NCBI GenBank assembly: GCA_029855935.1
Contig: JAGSHN010000004.1
Coordinates: 1 to 64,000, forward strand
Direction: 5' to 3'
Origin: Candidatus Thorarchaeota archaeon
Lineage (GTDB): Archaea; Asgardarchaeota; Thorarchaeia; Thorarchaeales; Thorarchaeaceae
Length of the DNA stretch: 64,000 bases
Position 1 is the first letter of the stretch, and each line of letters starts with the position of its first letter. A program made the translations under genes and the position numbers. The notes below the pieces were generated by a model. It was not told where the DNA came from and did not search any database. It saw only the letters and a list, made by a program, of their open reading frames with translations. Below are positions 50,461-60,267 of the stretch, piece by piece.

Positions 50461-51375
50461 ATGGGTGTTCTGCACAATCTCATTAGCATTCAGGACCTCA
50501 CACGGGATACCATAGACATGATTCTTGACCACGCGCGGGACATGGAGCCTCTCGCCGTCAAGAGGAGCAAGGTGCTCGACGGAAAGATCATGGCCTGCCT
50601 GTTCTTCGAGCCATCCACGCGCACTAGACTCTCCTTCGAGAGTGCTATGCTGCGCCTTGGAGGGAGTGTGTTGGGGTTTGCCGAGGCGGGCGTGTCCAGT
50701 GCAGGAGGCAAGGGCGAGACCCTTGCTGATACGATAAGAACAGTGGAACGCTACGCTGATGTGATTGTCATTAGGCATCCCCTTGATGGGTCCGCGAGAG
50801 TCGCTGCGGAGTTCGCCACCTGTCCGGTCGTCAATGCTGGCAGCGGCGCAGAGGAGCATCCGACACAGGCGCTCTTGGACCTATACTCGATTCGTAGGAT
50901 GAAGGGATGCATTGACGGACTCACTATCTCGTTGTGTGGGGATTTGAAGTTTGGCAGGACTGTGCACTCGCTTGCGATGGCGCTGACAATGTATGATGTG
51001 GATATGATACTCGCGGCGCCGAAACAACTGCGAATGAAGCCCTCCATCATTGCCGAGATGGAGAAGGCGGGGGTCAGGGTTCGACAGGTGAATCATATAG
51101 AGGATGCATTACAGGACGCCGACGTTGTGTATATGACCCGTATTCAGAAGGAGAGATTTCCAGACATCCGTGAGTACAATGCTGTAAGGGGCCACTTCAG
51201 GTTGAGGAGAGAGGACCTCGAACTGCTCAAGAAGGATGCCATCATCCTTCATCCCCTACCACGCGTCGACGAGCTGGATCCGGACATTGATGACTCACCT
51301 CACGCAAAGTACTTCGAGCAAGTTGAGGCAGGTGTTGTCACAAGAATGGCAATCCTTGACCTCATCCTCGGTTGA
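50461..51375 (+). CDS. pyrB: Aspartate carbamoyltransferase catalytic subunit
   Basis: FFEPSTRTR, HPTQALLD, TRIQKER, HPLPRVDE. Confidence 0.97.
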   Translation: MGVLHNLISIQDLTRDTIDMILDHARDMEPLAVKRSKVLDGKIMACLFFEPSTRTRLSFESAMLRLGGSVLGFAEAGVSSAGGKGETLADTIRTVERYADVIVIRHPLDGSARVAAEFATCPVVNAGSGAEEHPTQALLDLYSIRRMKGCIDGLTISLCGDLKFGRTVHSLAMALTMYDVDMILAAPKQLRMKPSIIAEMEKAGVRVRQVNHIEDALQDADVVYMTRIQKERFPDIREYNAVRGHFRLRREDLELLKKDAIILHPLPRVDELDPDIDDSPHAKYFEQVEAGVVTRMAILDLILG

Positions 51376-52096
51376 ACTGGCTGTCATCGCGAAGGTGCCT
51401 GACCAAGGTTTCCGTTGAGGCAATCCTGCACACACCGAGCGGGATACGCATCTGTTCAGCGAGGTCTATCGCGAGCCGGTCCACAGAGCTCGCTCCGTGA
51501 AGGACCACAAGTGAGGGCTTGAACTCCTGCGACCGTATCGCAATCATTGCGGCACGTCCGGTACTGACCCGGGTGAAGATGATACATCGTTCGGTAGTCG
51601 CGCCAAAGAGCTTGAGAAAAGCATCGCTATTCAGCTCCTTCACCGCGCGCTCGATGTCAACGAGAGTAAAGCCGTAGATGTCGCGATCAAGATACTGTGA
51701 GCCCGCTATCACATCGCAGTCGAGTATCTCACAGAACCTACGCGCCGTAATAGGCGAACTGAACTCCCTCATTGCGAGAACGATGTTCAGGTCGACAAGG
51801 TCGACATCCATCATACGACCATACGCGGAGATCACCTGACCGCCATTCTGTTCATCGAGTTCAAGAAGTGCCTGTACAAAGCGGCGAATTGTGGTAGTTC
51901 CTGGCGATTTCCTCCGACCAGACTCGTAGTCGCTGATGACACTGGGACTGATGTTGAGGTGGTCAGCAAGCGCCGCCTGAGGAATTCGAAATCGCTCTCG
52001 CCAGACACGCATCATGTGTCCCGGATGGTCGGAGAGAGCAATCTCACCAGCAATCCTTCGAGCAAGCTGTTCCCGGACAGTAGTATGTAGCGACAT
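51362..52096 (-). CDS. Archaeal XRE-type HTH regulator (COG1709-like)
   Basis: RIAGEIALS..PG, SVISDYESGRRKSPG, FTRVSTGR..MIAIR. Confidence 0.88.
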   Translation of the reverse strand: MSLHTTVREQLARRIAGEIALSDHPGHMMRVWRERFRIPQAALADHLNISPSVISDYESGRRKSPGTTTIRRFVQALLELDEQNGGQVISAYGRMMDVDLVDLNIVLAMREFSSPITARRFCEILDCDVIAGSQYLDRDIYGFTLVDIERAVKELNSDAFLKLFGATTERCIIFTRVSTGRAAMIAIRSQEFKPSLVVLHGASSVDRLAIDLAEQMRIPLGVCRIASTETLVRHLRDDSQFNRG

Positions 52097-52235
52097 AGTG
52101 ACCACAAGTTCACCCGAGGCGCAGAGGCGAGATAGCACGCCAGCCCCGACTATAGCAGAGTAGTGGAGTGAGAGATAACGATTTCGGCAACGAAGAGCTG
52201 CACGGGCAGAGTTTCGCGGAGAAGTAGAGAGATGT

Positions 52236-52341
52236 TGGTGGGCCGGACGAGATTTGAACTCGCGACCTCTTGGATGCTTGCTCTGGGACAACAGTCACAG
52301 AGTCCCAAACCAAGCGTCATACCAAGCTAGACCACCGACCC
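52236..52341 (-). tRNA. tRNA-Pro(TGG) with 29-nt intron (52275-52303) at 37/38
   Basis: CTTGG/CCAAG anticodon stem; BHB TTTG/CAAG plus CTCTG/CAGAG; encoded CCA. Confidence 0.95.
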
Positions 52342-52411
52342 ACGGTCTATCGTCTTCTCTTCACGATTTCGATATAAGAATAGCGGAGTCGACAGACCTT
52401 CATTAGTGGCC

Positions 52412-54712
52412 TCAACGAGGCGTCAGCTCTATCACGTGGGGCAGGCCATCATCGGACAGTGGTACCTCGGTGTATCGCTCCTTGATCACGCTGTCTGTGG
52501 GCCGACCGTCGACATATGCGATGAATTGTTCTCCAGAGACCGCACGGAACTGGACCCGAATCCTGCGAGAGGGCGGAACCCAAGCACCCAATCGCTGTCC
52601 GAGCGAGAGGCGATAGCCGCCAGAGGAGGTTGTCTCGAACCTCATGGGAGTGACCGAGTGATTGCCCACATTGGATATTCCATCATCCTCGAAGAACACG
52701 AATTCAGAACTGCCTCCGGGAAATGCCCACAATATCAGGTCGCCCTGATCCTCGCCTGTGTGCTGCACAACTCGTCCAGTAGGAATGATATGACCACCAC
52801 GAACAAACACCGGGACCACGCGCAAAGGCGCCTCGACAGTCAAATGTGTCGGGCCTATGATGTGCTCATCGGTCCAGAGTGAGTACCAGATGCCTCGTGG
52901 GAAGTACACCTCTCTAGACTCCATGCCGGGCCTGACAATGGGGGCGACCATGAGCGCAGGGCCCACCATAAACTGATCATCGAGAGCATATGTCGTGACA
53001 TCATCCTGAAACTCAAGCACGAGGGGGCGCATTATTGGGCAGCCAGTCGTGTGGGCCTCCCACGCCAACGAATAGAGATATCGCAGTAGACTATACCTGA
53101 GATCGATAGCTTGCCGAATGATGTCCTCTACCTCTGGTCCAAACAGCCACGGCTCCTGACGCGCAGATGAGATGTTAGAATGGTTTCTGAAGAATGGGTA
53201 GAAGCAGCCCACCTGATACCAGCGGGCCAACAGATCTCCCGTCACGTCGTCCCAGAACCCACCAACATCCGCACCACATATGGGTACACCGGAGAGCCCA
53301 AGATTGAGAAGCATTGGAATGGAGAGACGAAGATGTTCCCAAGATGACCTGTTGTCACCAGTCCACGTGGCCGCATATCGCTGGTAGCCTGCAAAGCCCG
53401 AGCGGGTGAGTATAAATGGCCTCTGAGAGGGACGAAGCCGTTTGAGCCCATCAAATGTAGATATCGTCATATGAAGGCCATAGAGATTCCTAAGACGCGG
53501 CTCCCAGGGTCGCCCCTCAGAGTCGACCACGTTGCGCATAGAATACTCCTCTCGAAGACCGACATAGATGCAGTTGCTGGGTTCATTCATGTCAAGCCAG
53601 CTGCTCAGCGATGTCATTGAGAGACGCTCGTATTTTGAGGCGAACCACTCTCTCACCTCGCTGCGGGAGAAATCCGGAAAGACTGTTTCACCGGGCCAGA
53701 CGAGCCCCACATAGACGGATCCGTCACGATTCCTCAAGAAGTAGTCACTTGCCAAGCCCTCGTCGTAGAGGTCAAAGCCCTCCTCCTTCTTGACGCCGGG
53801 ATCGATGATTGTCATGACTTGAAATCCCATCTGGCCGAGGCGAGCAACAAAGTCGGAGGGGTCGGGGAACACTTGTCTGTCCCAAGTGAATATGCGGTAC
53901 CCGTCCATATAGGCGATGTCCAGCACCAGTGTATCACAGGGAATCGCCCGACGACGGTACTCTCTGGCGAGACTCAAGATGTCGTCCTCACTCTCGTACT
54001 CCATCCAGCGTGAGTGCTGATGCCCCATCGCCCACCGAGGCACGAGGTGCGGCCTCCCAGTCAGACTGGTATATGCATCAATCACGTCTCTCATCCGCGG
54101 GCCGACGAAGACATAGTAGTCCAGTGGACCATCGGGCGCCCCGAATGCGTAGTGTCCGGCAGATGTCGATGCTAGGTCAAAGAAGGTACGATACGAGTTG
54201 TCAAGGAATACCCCATGCGCCCTACCGTCCCGAAGAACAATGAAGAATGGAATGGACTGATAGAGAGGATCGGAGTCAGGGCCGTATTCGGGGTCGTCTG
54301 TATTCCACATCTCATAGTAGAGACCACGCTTGTCGAGACCGTGCGCCTTCTCACCAAGACCATAGAATCTCTCCTCACCAAGCATTGTCCTTCTGCAGAC
54401 GAATCCGCTCTCAGTCCACTCTATCCCGCCCGTGGTGTCATCCTCGGCAATCACGGTCCCCGTGGAGTCTCTCAACACAATCCGGAGCGGTGCGAACTCC
54501 AACGTGAGGGACAGGTCCGGGGTTCTGAGATGCCACGCAGTATCACCCTTGGACACCTCGCATGTGGTCTCTGTACCAAGTCCGACCACTGACCAAGACG
54601 GCTCTCCACGCAACACATCGCTCCGCGATGCCTGAACACGTATTGTGCGCGATGACACTACCGTGATGCGAAGACGACCCGCATCCAGCTCGAAATCGAA
54701 GGCGCGGCCCAT
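52412..54712 (-). CDS. Glycoside hydrolase family 31 (alpha-glucosidase)
   Basis: YGLGEK, LYQSIPF, WLDMNEP nucleophile, WTGDN acid/base, PFFRNH; start MGRAFDF preferred. Confidence 0.95.
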   Translation of the reverse strand: MGRAFDFELDAGRLRITVVSSRTIRVQASRSDVLRGEPSWSVVGLGTETTCEVSKGDTAWHLRTPDLSLTLEFAPLRIVLRDSTGTVIAEDDTTGGIEWTESGFVCRRTMLGEERFYGLGEKAHGLDKRGLYYEMWNTDDPEYGPDSDPLYQSIPFFIVLRDGRAHGVFLDNSYRTFFDLASTSAGHYAFGAPDGPLDYYVFVGPRMRDVIDAYTSLTGRPHLVPRWAMGHQHSRWMEYESEDDILSLAREYRRRAIPCDTLVLDIAYMDGYRIFTWDRQVFPDPSDFVARLGQMGFQVMTIIDPGVKKEEGFDLYDEGLASDYFLRNRDGSVYVGLVWPGETVFPDFSRSEVREWFASKYERLSMTSLSSWLDMNEPSNCIYVGLREEYSMRNVVDSEGRPWEPRLRNLYGLHMTISTFDGLKRLRPSQRPFILTRSGFAGYQRYAATWTGDNRSSWEHLRLSIPMLLNLGLSGVPICGADVGGFWDDVTGDLLARWYQVGCFYPFFRNHSNISSARQEPWLFGPEVEDIIRQAIDLRYSLLRYLYSLAWEAHTTGCPIMRPLVLEFQDDVTTYALDDQFMVGPALMVAPIVRPGMESREVYFPRGIWYSLWTDEHIIGPTHLTVEAPLRVVPVFVRGGHIIPTGRVVQHTGEDQGDLILWAFPGGSSEFVFFEDDGISNVGNHSVTPMRFETTSSGGYRLSLGQRLGAWVPPSRRIRVQFRAVSGEQFIAYVDGRPTDSVIKERYTEVPLSDDGLPHVIELTPR

Positions 54713-54904
54713 CGCATCTGATGCCTCACCGCGGTATCGGACCACTATCACAGTAGACCACTCAATCACGGTTTGGAGTGCTCTCTTTTTTCGCTTTTGA
54801 CTGGCAATCATCTTGGTCATCAAGCGTAATGCCCCATCTGAAATGGCATCCCTCAGCGTGCCATGAGAACTGAGAAAAGGCGCTGCCGCACACAGTTTCA
54901 CCTG

Positions 54905-55807
54905 GTGATCTCAATTCGACGTAACAATGTGATCATCGATGACACCTTTGCCGAGGCCTTCTCAATGCACATGAACAGGACGATAATCACTGCATATAGT
55001 GCAGAGTGGGCACGAGTGACCGCCCTTGAAGCTACTGGCTTTGGAACCTCTGTCATAATGGCGCCTGCAGAGGCAGGCGTTGAGCGTGTCCTCGGTCCAG
55101 AGGAAACCCCCGATGGAAGGCCTGGTATTGGAGTGATCTTTGCGACAGCGAAGAAGGGCGACTTGGAACAACAGCTGGTTGCACGACTCAGTCAGTGCGT
55201 CCTCACGAGTCCAACGGCCTGCGCCTATGATGACACTCCTGATCCACGAGAAACATATCCTGTGGGACGCAAGATTGCACTATTCGGCGACGGATATCAG
55301 ACAAAGAAAGGACCGATTGGTGGTCGCGTTCTGTGGCTCGTGCCAAGAATGAGTGGGACCTTTGTCATCCAAGAGGGATTTGGACGCACAAAGGGTGTTG
55401 CTGGGGGAAACATCATCTACTTTTGCAAGGACGTAGAAACGGGAATGACAAGTGGTAGGGCTGCTGTACAGGCAATCGAACGGATCGAGGGCGCATACAC
55501 CCCATTTCCGGGAGGGCTTGTCGGCTCTGGCTCAAAGATTGGTTCAAAGTATGGTCTTCCTGCGTCAACGAACGAACGGTTCTGTCCCACAATCAGGACA
55601 CTCGTTGAGGAATCGGAGGTGCCGCCGGAATGCAACTTTGTCGTCGAGATAGTCATCAATGGTCTGAGTGAAACGGTCGTGCGGCGGGCTATGCGTGTCG
55701 CCATTGAAACCGTCTGCGAGTATCCCGGCGTCATCCGGGTCACAGCAGGCAACTTTGGAGGAAAACTAGGCAAGTATATGATTCCCTTGCACGAGTTGCT
55801 CAGGTAA
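54905..55807 (+). CDS. ftr: Formylmethanofuran:H4MPT formyltransferase
   Basis: IDDTFAEAF, ETPDGRPG, QCVLT.PT, GVAGGN, AGNFGGKLG. Confidence 0.95.
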   Translation: MISIRRNNVIIDDTFAEAFSMHMNRTIITAYSAEWARVTALEATGFGTSVIMAPAEAGVERVLGPEETPDGRPGIGVIFATAKKGDLEQQLVARLSQCVLTSPTACAYDDTPDPRETYPVGRKIALFGDGYQTKKGPIGGRVLWLVPRMSGTFVIQEGFGRTKGVAGGNIIYFCKDVETGMTSGRAAVQAIERIEGAYTPFPGGLVGSGSKIGSKYGLPASTNERFCPTIRTLVEESEVPPECNFVVEIVINGLSETVVRRAMRVAIETVCEYPGVIRVTAGNFGGKLGKYMIPLHELLR

Positions 55808-55916
55808 GCCGCATATCAGCCAACACAGCGGAATCGGGGAAGGACCATTATACGTCAAGAGCACCTCAACAATGTCAGAAAGCTTTATCTCAGATTCGCA
55901 GACAGCCTCTTGCGGT

Positions 55917-55994
55917 GCCCCAGTAGCTTAGCCCGGTTAGATCGCCTCCTTGGTAAGGAGGAGGCCGCGGGTTCAAATCCCGCCTGGGGCTCCA
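55917..55994 (+). tRNA. tRNA-Thr(GGT)
   Basis: GCCCCAG/CTGGGGC acceptor; CCTCC-TTGGTAA-GGAGG arm; U73 then CCA. Confidence 0.97.
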
Positions 55995-56030
55995 CCATCT
56001 AGTTTTGTATCTCATCTGCTGTAGGACGTT

Positions 56031-56255
56031 CTAGTGAAGCCGGCGCCTCTTACCGCGAAGGAGCATCAGACGCTGTGCCTCTTCCGCGCCAACAAGCCTC
56101 GTAAGCTCTCTGCGCGCACGATCTTCGTCAGGCTCAGCCAACCATCTCTCCACCTCTTTCCTCAATGCGGGAGAGAGGTCTTGGGCCAGCTTCTTCGCCC
56201 TACCCTTCTTATCAAGGTCGAAATCGTCAGGTCCGAGAAGACTCATTCTAATCAC
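56031..56255 (-). CDS. Small hypothetical helical protein
   Basis: 74 aa amphipathic ORF filling the tRNA-fwdC gap. Confidence 0.55.
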   Translation of the reverse strand: MIRMSLLGPDDFDLDKKGRAKKLAQDLSPALRKEVERWLAEPDEDRARRELTRLVGAEEAQRLMLLRGKRRRLH

Positions 56256-56341
56256 TATTCACTCTGCAGTACGAGAATATGACCTTTGGCATCGGGCAGA
56301 GGGGACAAGGGTTTTATCAGAACGACTAATCGGAGTGACTG

Positions 56342-57214
56342 GTGCACTCTCCTGTGACAGTTACACTGCGAATCAGAGAGCCGCCCGATATCCCCATCGA
56401 GGCGGAAACAATCAGACCACGACTGTTCGTCGGAAAGAGTCTCTCAGAGATAGAGCGACTCCCAATACGGCAGGGAAATGCAACGAGGTGCCTGTCGGAT
56501 TTCTTCGATGTTACAGGACAGACAGCATTCACCCCGGAGGAGATGACCATTGTCGTGGAGGGTGACCTGAAACGCGTGAAGATGATAGGCGCGGGGATGG
56601 ATGGTGGCAGAATCAAGGTCAATGGAGATGTCGGGATGTATCTTGGCATGCGGATGCAGGCAGGGCGCATCGTTGTCAGAGGCTCCGTGGGATCTTGGGC
56701 TGCAGCCGAGATGAGTGGGGGGAACATTCAGATTGAGGGCGATGCAGGAGACTATCTGTGCGCGGCACTCAGAGGGAGTACAGAAGGGATGCGTGGAGGC
56801 AGGGTCTACGTTGCAGGGTCTGCCGGACGAGTGATGGCGGCAAACATGCGGAGAGGATTCATTGTCATCCGTGGTGATGTCGGAGAGATGGCTGGTGCTG
56901 GTATGCGTGGAGGTACGATAGTCGTGTGCGGACGGCTCTCTCAGCGTGCGGGTGTCCATGGCACCCGGGGGATGGTCTTCGTAATGGGAGAGGTAACATC
57001 ACTGCCACCCACCTTCAGATATAGTGGGACTGGGCCGAGTGAGTTCATCCCCTATTACCTGAGATATGTTGCCTCCCGAAGACCGGACTTTGTGGAGAAT
57101 GTCGACTACACAGAGGACTGGATAAAGTTTCAAGGGGACTTCGCAGAGGACACGCCACGAATGGAGGTATTTGCAGCGAGCAAGGACAACGAACATCTGA
57201 TATCAGGGGTGTGA
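56342..57214 (+). CDS. fwdC: Formylmethanofuran dehydrogenase subunit C
   Basis: LSDFFDV.G, repeated G..M.GG.I.V.G beta-helix, LPPTF.Y. Confidence 0.93.
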   Translation: MHSPVTVTLRIREPPDIPIEAETIRPRLFVGKSLSEIERLPIRQGNATRCLSDFFDVTGQTAFTPEEMTIVVEGDLKRVKMIGAGMDGGRIKVNGDVGMYLGMRMQAGRIVVRGSVGSWAAAEMSGGNIQIEGDAGDYLCAALRGSTEGMRGGRVYVAGSAGRVMAANMRRGFIVIRGDVGEMAGAGMRGGTIVVCGRLSQRAGVHGTRGMVFVMGEVTSLPPTFRYSGTGPSEFIPYYLRYVASRRPDFVENVDYTEDWIKFQGDFAEDTPRMEVFAASKDNEHLISGV

Positions 57215-57218
57215 CACC

Positions 57219-58181
57219 TTGATTAGCGTGAGTGAGGGTGGGCTTCAGAAAATTCAGGAGATTATGGACAGCCATGAGAAACTCAACTGTAGGGTGATAG
57301 AGCAGGACAATGGTGTCACCGTTGTCGACGCGGGTGTGAGCGTCGAGGGCTGCACGGAGTTGGGACGGCTGATAGGCGAACTCTGTCTTGGGGGGCAGGG
57401 GGCTGTGAGACTTTCGCAGGCCCACATAGGAGAGCTGACTTTGCCAGCAGTAGTGGTCGCTGTGGGGGAGGCCCCGATTGCAACACTAGGCTGCCAGTTC
57501 GCGGGGTGGAGAATCAAGGTCGGCGACTTCTTTGCGATGGCCTCAGGACCTGCACGGGCAGTTGCCCGCGTGGAAGCAGAGTTGTTCGAAGAGCTCGACT
57601 ACAGTGACGACGCCGATCGGACGGTTGTCTTCCTTGAGGCATCGCAGCTGCCAAGTCAGGATGTCACCAGCTACATTGCCAGTGAGTGTGAAATCTCACC
57701 GGAGGGCCTCTACTGTGTTGTTGCCCCAACAGCGAGCATTGCAGGTTCTGTCCAGATATCATCACGGATAGTGGAGGTCGCAGTCCACAAGCTCCATATG
57801 CTCGGATTCGATGTGAAACGCATTCGGCGTGGACAGGGCGTCGCGCCAATCGCGCCAGTGGCGAGGACGGATGCAAAAGCAATGGGGCTGACCAATGACT
57901 GTATACTGTACGGAGGAAGAGCGTATCTCTACGTGGTCGGCGAGGAGGGAGAGGACCTTGAGAGGTTGGTGAAACAATGCCCCTCAAGTGCATCGGAACA
58001 GTACGGTCGGCCGTTCTACGAACTGTTCAAGTCGGTGGGCTTTGACTTCTATAAGGTTGACCCGATGCTGTTCAGCCCCGCAGAAATCACGCTCATCGAT
58101 GTGACGACTCGAGAGGGATACGTCGCAGGAGAGGTGAATCCGGAGGTCTTGAAGAGGTCTTTGGAAACATACGGACAGTAG
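57219..58181 (+). CDS. mch: Methenyl-H4MPT cyclohydrolase
   Basis: CLGG.G, CQFAGW, SGPARA, APT.SIAGSVQ, TNDCILYGG, DFYKVD..LFSPA. Confidence 0.96.
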   Translation: MISVSEGGLQKIQEIMDSHEKLNCRVIEQDNGVTVVDAGVSVEGCTELGRLIGELCLGGQGAVRLSQAHIGELTLPAVVVAVGEAPIATLGCQFAGWRIKVGDFFAMASGPARAVARVEAELFEELDYSDDADRTVVFLEASQLPSQDVTSYIASECEISPEGLYCVVAPTASIAGSVQISSRIVEVAVHKLHMLGFDVKRIRRGQGVAPIAPVARTDAKAMGLTNDCILYGGRAYLYVVGEEGEDLERLVKQCPSSASEQYGRPFYELFKSVGFDFYKVDPMLFSPAEITLIDVTTREGYVAGEVNPEVLKRSLETYGQ

Positions 58182-58255
58182 AGGTGGCCGCAATACATTC
58201 TAGGAGCACAAGTCGCGAGCTGAGGGGCGACGGCGACGAGAGGTGAGAGGGCCAG

Positions 58256-58540
58256 TTGATAGTCACTGTGCGAATGAGAGGACCACTAGCGGAAACTGTC
58301 GGTGGAGATGGGCAGATAGAGATGAAGATAGATGAGGAAAACGCGAAACTGAGAGATCTTCTCACAGAGATCATATCAACCATTGAGGCCATAGGTGCTG
58401 TCTGGCGCTCGGCCGACGAGATTCTGCGTGATGCGCTAGTTCTCAGAAACAACACGGATGTCAGTCTCACCGGAGGACTGGACACAGTTCTCCAAGAGGG
58501 CGACTCGATAGTCATCCTGCCACTGGTACACGGAGGCTAG
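58256..58540 (+). CDS. MoaD/ThiS/SAMP ubiquitin-like protein
   Basis: Beta-grasp pattern ending GDSIVILPLVHGG. Confidence 0.92.
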   Translation: MIVTVRMRGPLAETVGGDGQIEMKIDEENAKLRDLLTEIISTIEAIGAVWRSADEILRDALVLRNNTDVSLTGGLDTVLQEGDSIVILPLVHGG

Positions 58541-59064
58541 ACGAGCGCGGCCCCTCTATGCAGGCCGAGAGTGTTGATTTCTATTGTCCGTTCGGGGACA
58601 AGGTCACGAAGCGCCGACTCTAGGGCATCTAGGGTCACTACTTTGGAAACCTCTGCCAAGGCACCGAGCATCACCATGTTCGAAACCATCCTTGAGCCGA
58701 GGCCGTCAGCTGTGCGCATGGCTGGCACGGGGACTACTCTGAAGTCATCGCAGTCGTGGCACTGGACCAAGTCAGGATCGACTATCAGGGTACTATGGGG
58801 CTTTGCACCCTCCACATATATGTCAAATGCCTTCTGGGACATAAATATGCTATAGTCAGCTCTGATCACCTTCGGATAACGAATGGGAGTGTCACTGATT
58901 ATTACCTCGCTCTTCGCGGCGGTGCCTCTCGCCTCAGAGCCGTAGCTCTGCGTCTGTACAGCATCGAGGCCGCTGTAAACGACGGCGGCGTGGCCGAGTA
59001 CCACACCAGCCAAGACAACGCCCATCCCACCAGTTCCCGCGATACGAATCTCAGTTCTCATCAA
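58537..59064 (-). CDS. korC: 2-oxoacid:ferredoxin oxidoreductase gamma subunit
   Basis: IAGTGGMGV, QSYGSEARG, NMVMLGA. Confidence 0.92.
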   Translation of the reverse strand: MMRTEIRIAGTGGMGVVLAGVVLGHAAVVYSGLDAVQTQSYGSEARGTAAKSEVIISDTPIRYPKVIRADYSIFMSQKAFDIYVEGAKPHSTLIVDPDLVQCHDCDDFRVVPVPAMRTADGLGSRMVSNMVMLGALAEVSKVVTLDALESALRDLVPERTIEINTLGLHRGAALV

Positions 59065-59079
59065 GGATGCACTCCCATC

Positions 59080-59898
59080 TCACGACGATAGTAGGCCGAG
59101 GGACTCCAGAAGGCTCACATCCTCTCTGTCGGCAAACTCGCCGAGGTCTTGGCCCATCTTGGTCGGAACAGATGGGGTCAGCGGCTGTCCCCGCTTCCTG
59201 ACTGGCAGTTGTTTAAACCACTTTATCATATCGGGGGCCTGCCCCGCGCCAGTCCGCCGACCATATGCGGTGGGACACTGACTGAGAATCTCGATAAAGG
59301 AGAATCCCTTGCGCTCCAGAGCCTTTCGAATTGAACGTGATGCCTGAATTGGGTGAGCTGTGGTCCACCGTGCAACATAGTTGGCGCCTGCAGCAGCAAC
59401 GAGACGTGCGAGGTCAAACGGCCGCTCAGGATTGCCATATGGTGACGTCGTTGTTCTGTCACCAGTGAAAGTTGTTGGAGCAACCTGCCCGCCCGTCATC
59501 CCATAGATGAAGTTCGTGGAGCATATGACGGTGATGTCAAGGTTTCTTCGCGCAGCGTGAATCAGATGATTGCCGCCGATGGCAGCGAGATCACCATCAC
59601 CACTGATGACGACGACAGTCAGCTCAGGTCGAGCAAGCTTCAGTCCTGTTGCGAAGGCAATGGCACGCCCGTGCGTCGTGTGGAGGGTGTCTGCATTAAA
59701 GTGAGGGGACGGTATCCACGCTCCACAGCCGATACCTGACACGAAGGCGAATCCGCTGAGGTCCTCATGGCCGAGATCGTGGACAGCCTTCAGAAAGGCA
59801 TTGGCAATAATTCCGTTGCCACAACCGGGACAAAACGGCGTGGGGAGGGCCTTTTCACGTAGGTACCGACGCGCGAAATGATGATTCGAAACTACCAC
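59080..59898 (-). CDS. korB: 2-oxoacid:ferredoxin oxidoreductase beta subunit
   Basis: FCPGCG, SGIGC, HGRA, GDGD TPP motif, YGMTGGQ. Confidence 0.94.
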   Translation of the reverse strand: MVVSNHHFARRYLREKALPTPFCPGCGNGIIANAFLKAVHDLGHEDLSGFAFVSGIGCGAWIPSPHFNADTLHTTHGRAIAFATGLKLARPELTVVVISGDGDLAAIGGNHLIHAARRNLDITVICSTNFIYGMTGGQVAPTTFTGDRTTTSPYGNPERPFDLARLVAAAGANYVARWTTAHPIQASRSIRKALERKGFSFIEILSQCPTAYGRRTGAGQAPDMIKWFKQLPVRKRGQPLTPSVPTKMGQDLGEFADREDVSLLESLGLLSS

Positions 59899-60069
59899 TG
59901 TGATGACCTCGCTTTCGCTCTCTGGCCGCTCAATCCGTGTTAATAACTATTCTCAGGCGGCAATTGATGATTCAAGAAGAGAGATGAGGCCAGCGGTGCA
60001 GGCATTGGCGCGCCTTCCAGAGAGCCGCCCACAGGAGCATCCTTTTAAGAGGACGCATTCGAGAATCCC

Positions 60070-60224
60070 AGCGGACTGGACATAGCACCGACTGACTCAA
60101 TGTGGTGAATCAGCTCGCAGGCAGTTGCGCCACATTGTAGAAATCTCCTCTCGGAGGACAGGAGGCGTCTGTCCTGAACCATCAAGTCTGATCCTGACTG
60201 AGAGGGCCGTGTCCGAGTCCAGCT
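60070..60224 (+). ncRNA. Candidate 155-nt multi-helix RNA / structured leader upstream of SmAP3
   Basis: Five nested helices; TTTTAAGA box at 60043 places +1 at the base of the terminal stem. Confidence 0.55.
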
Positions 60225-60267
60225 TGCATTCGTGAGAGGCGTAGTCGGACAATAGTGGTGAATAGAG

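Noticed and set aside
55991-55997. Encoded CCACCA after tRNA-Thr
   Set aside because: Acceptor stem is perfect and starts G1-C2; second CCA is probably just trailer sequence
60070-60100. 5S rRNA (GGACATAGC) or glmS-like start
   Set aside because: Lacks the 5S CCGAAC loop and the glmS GACGAGG core
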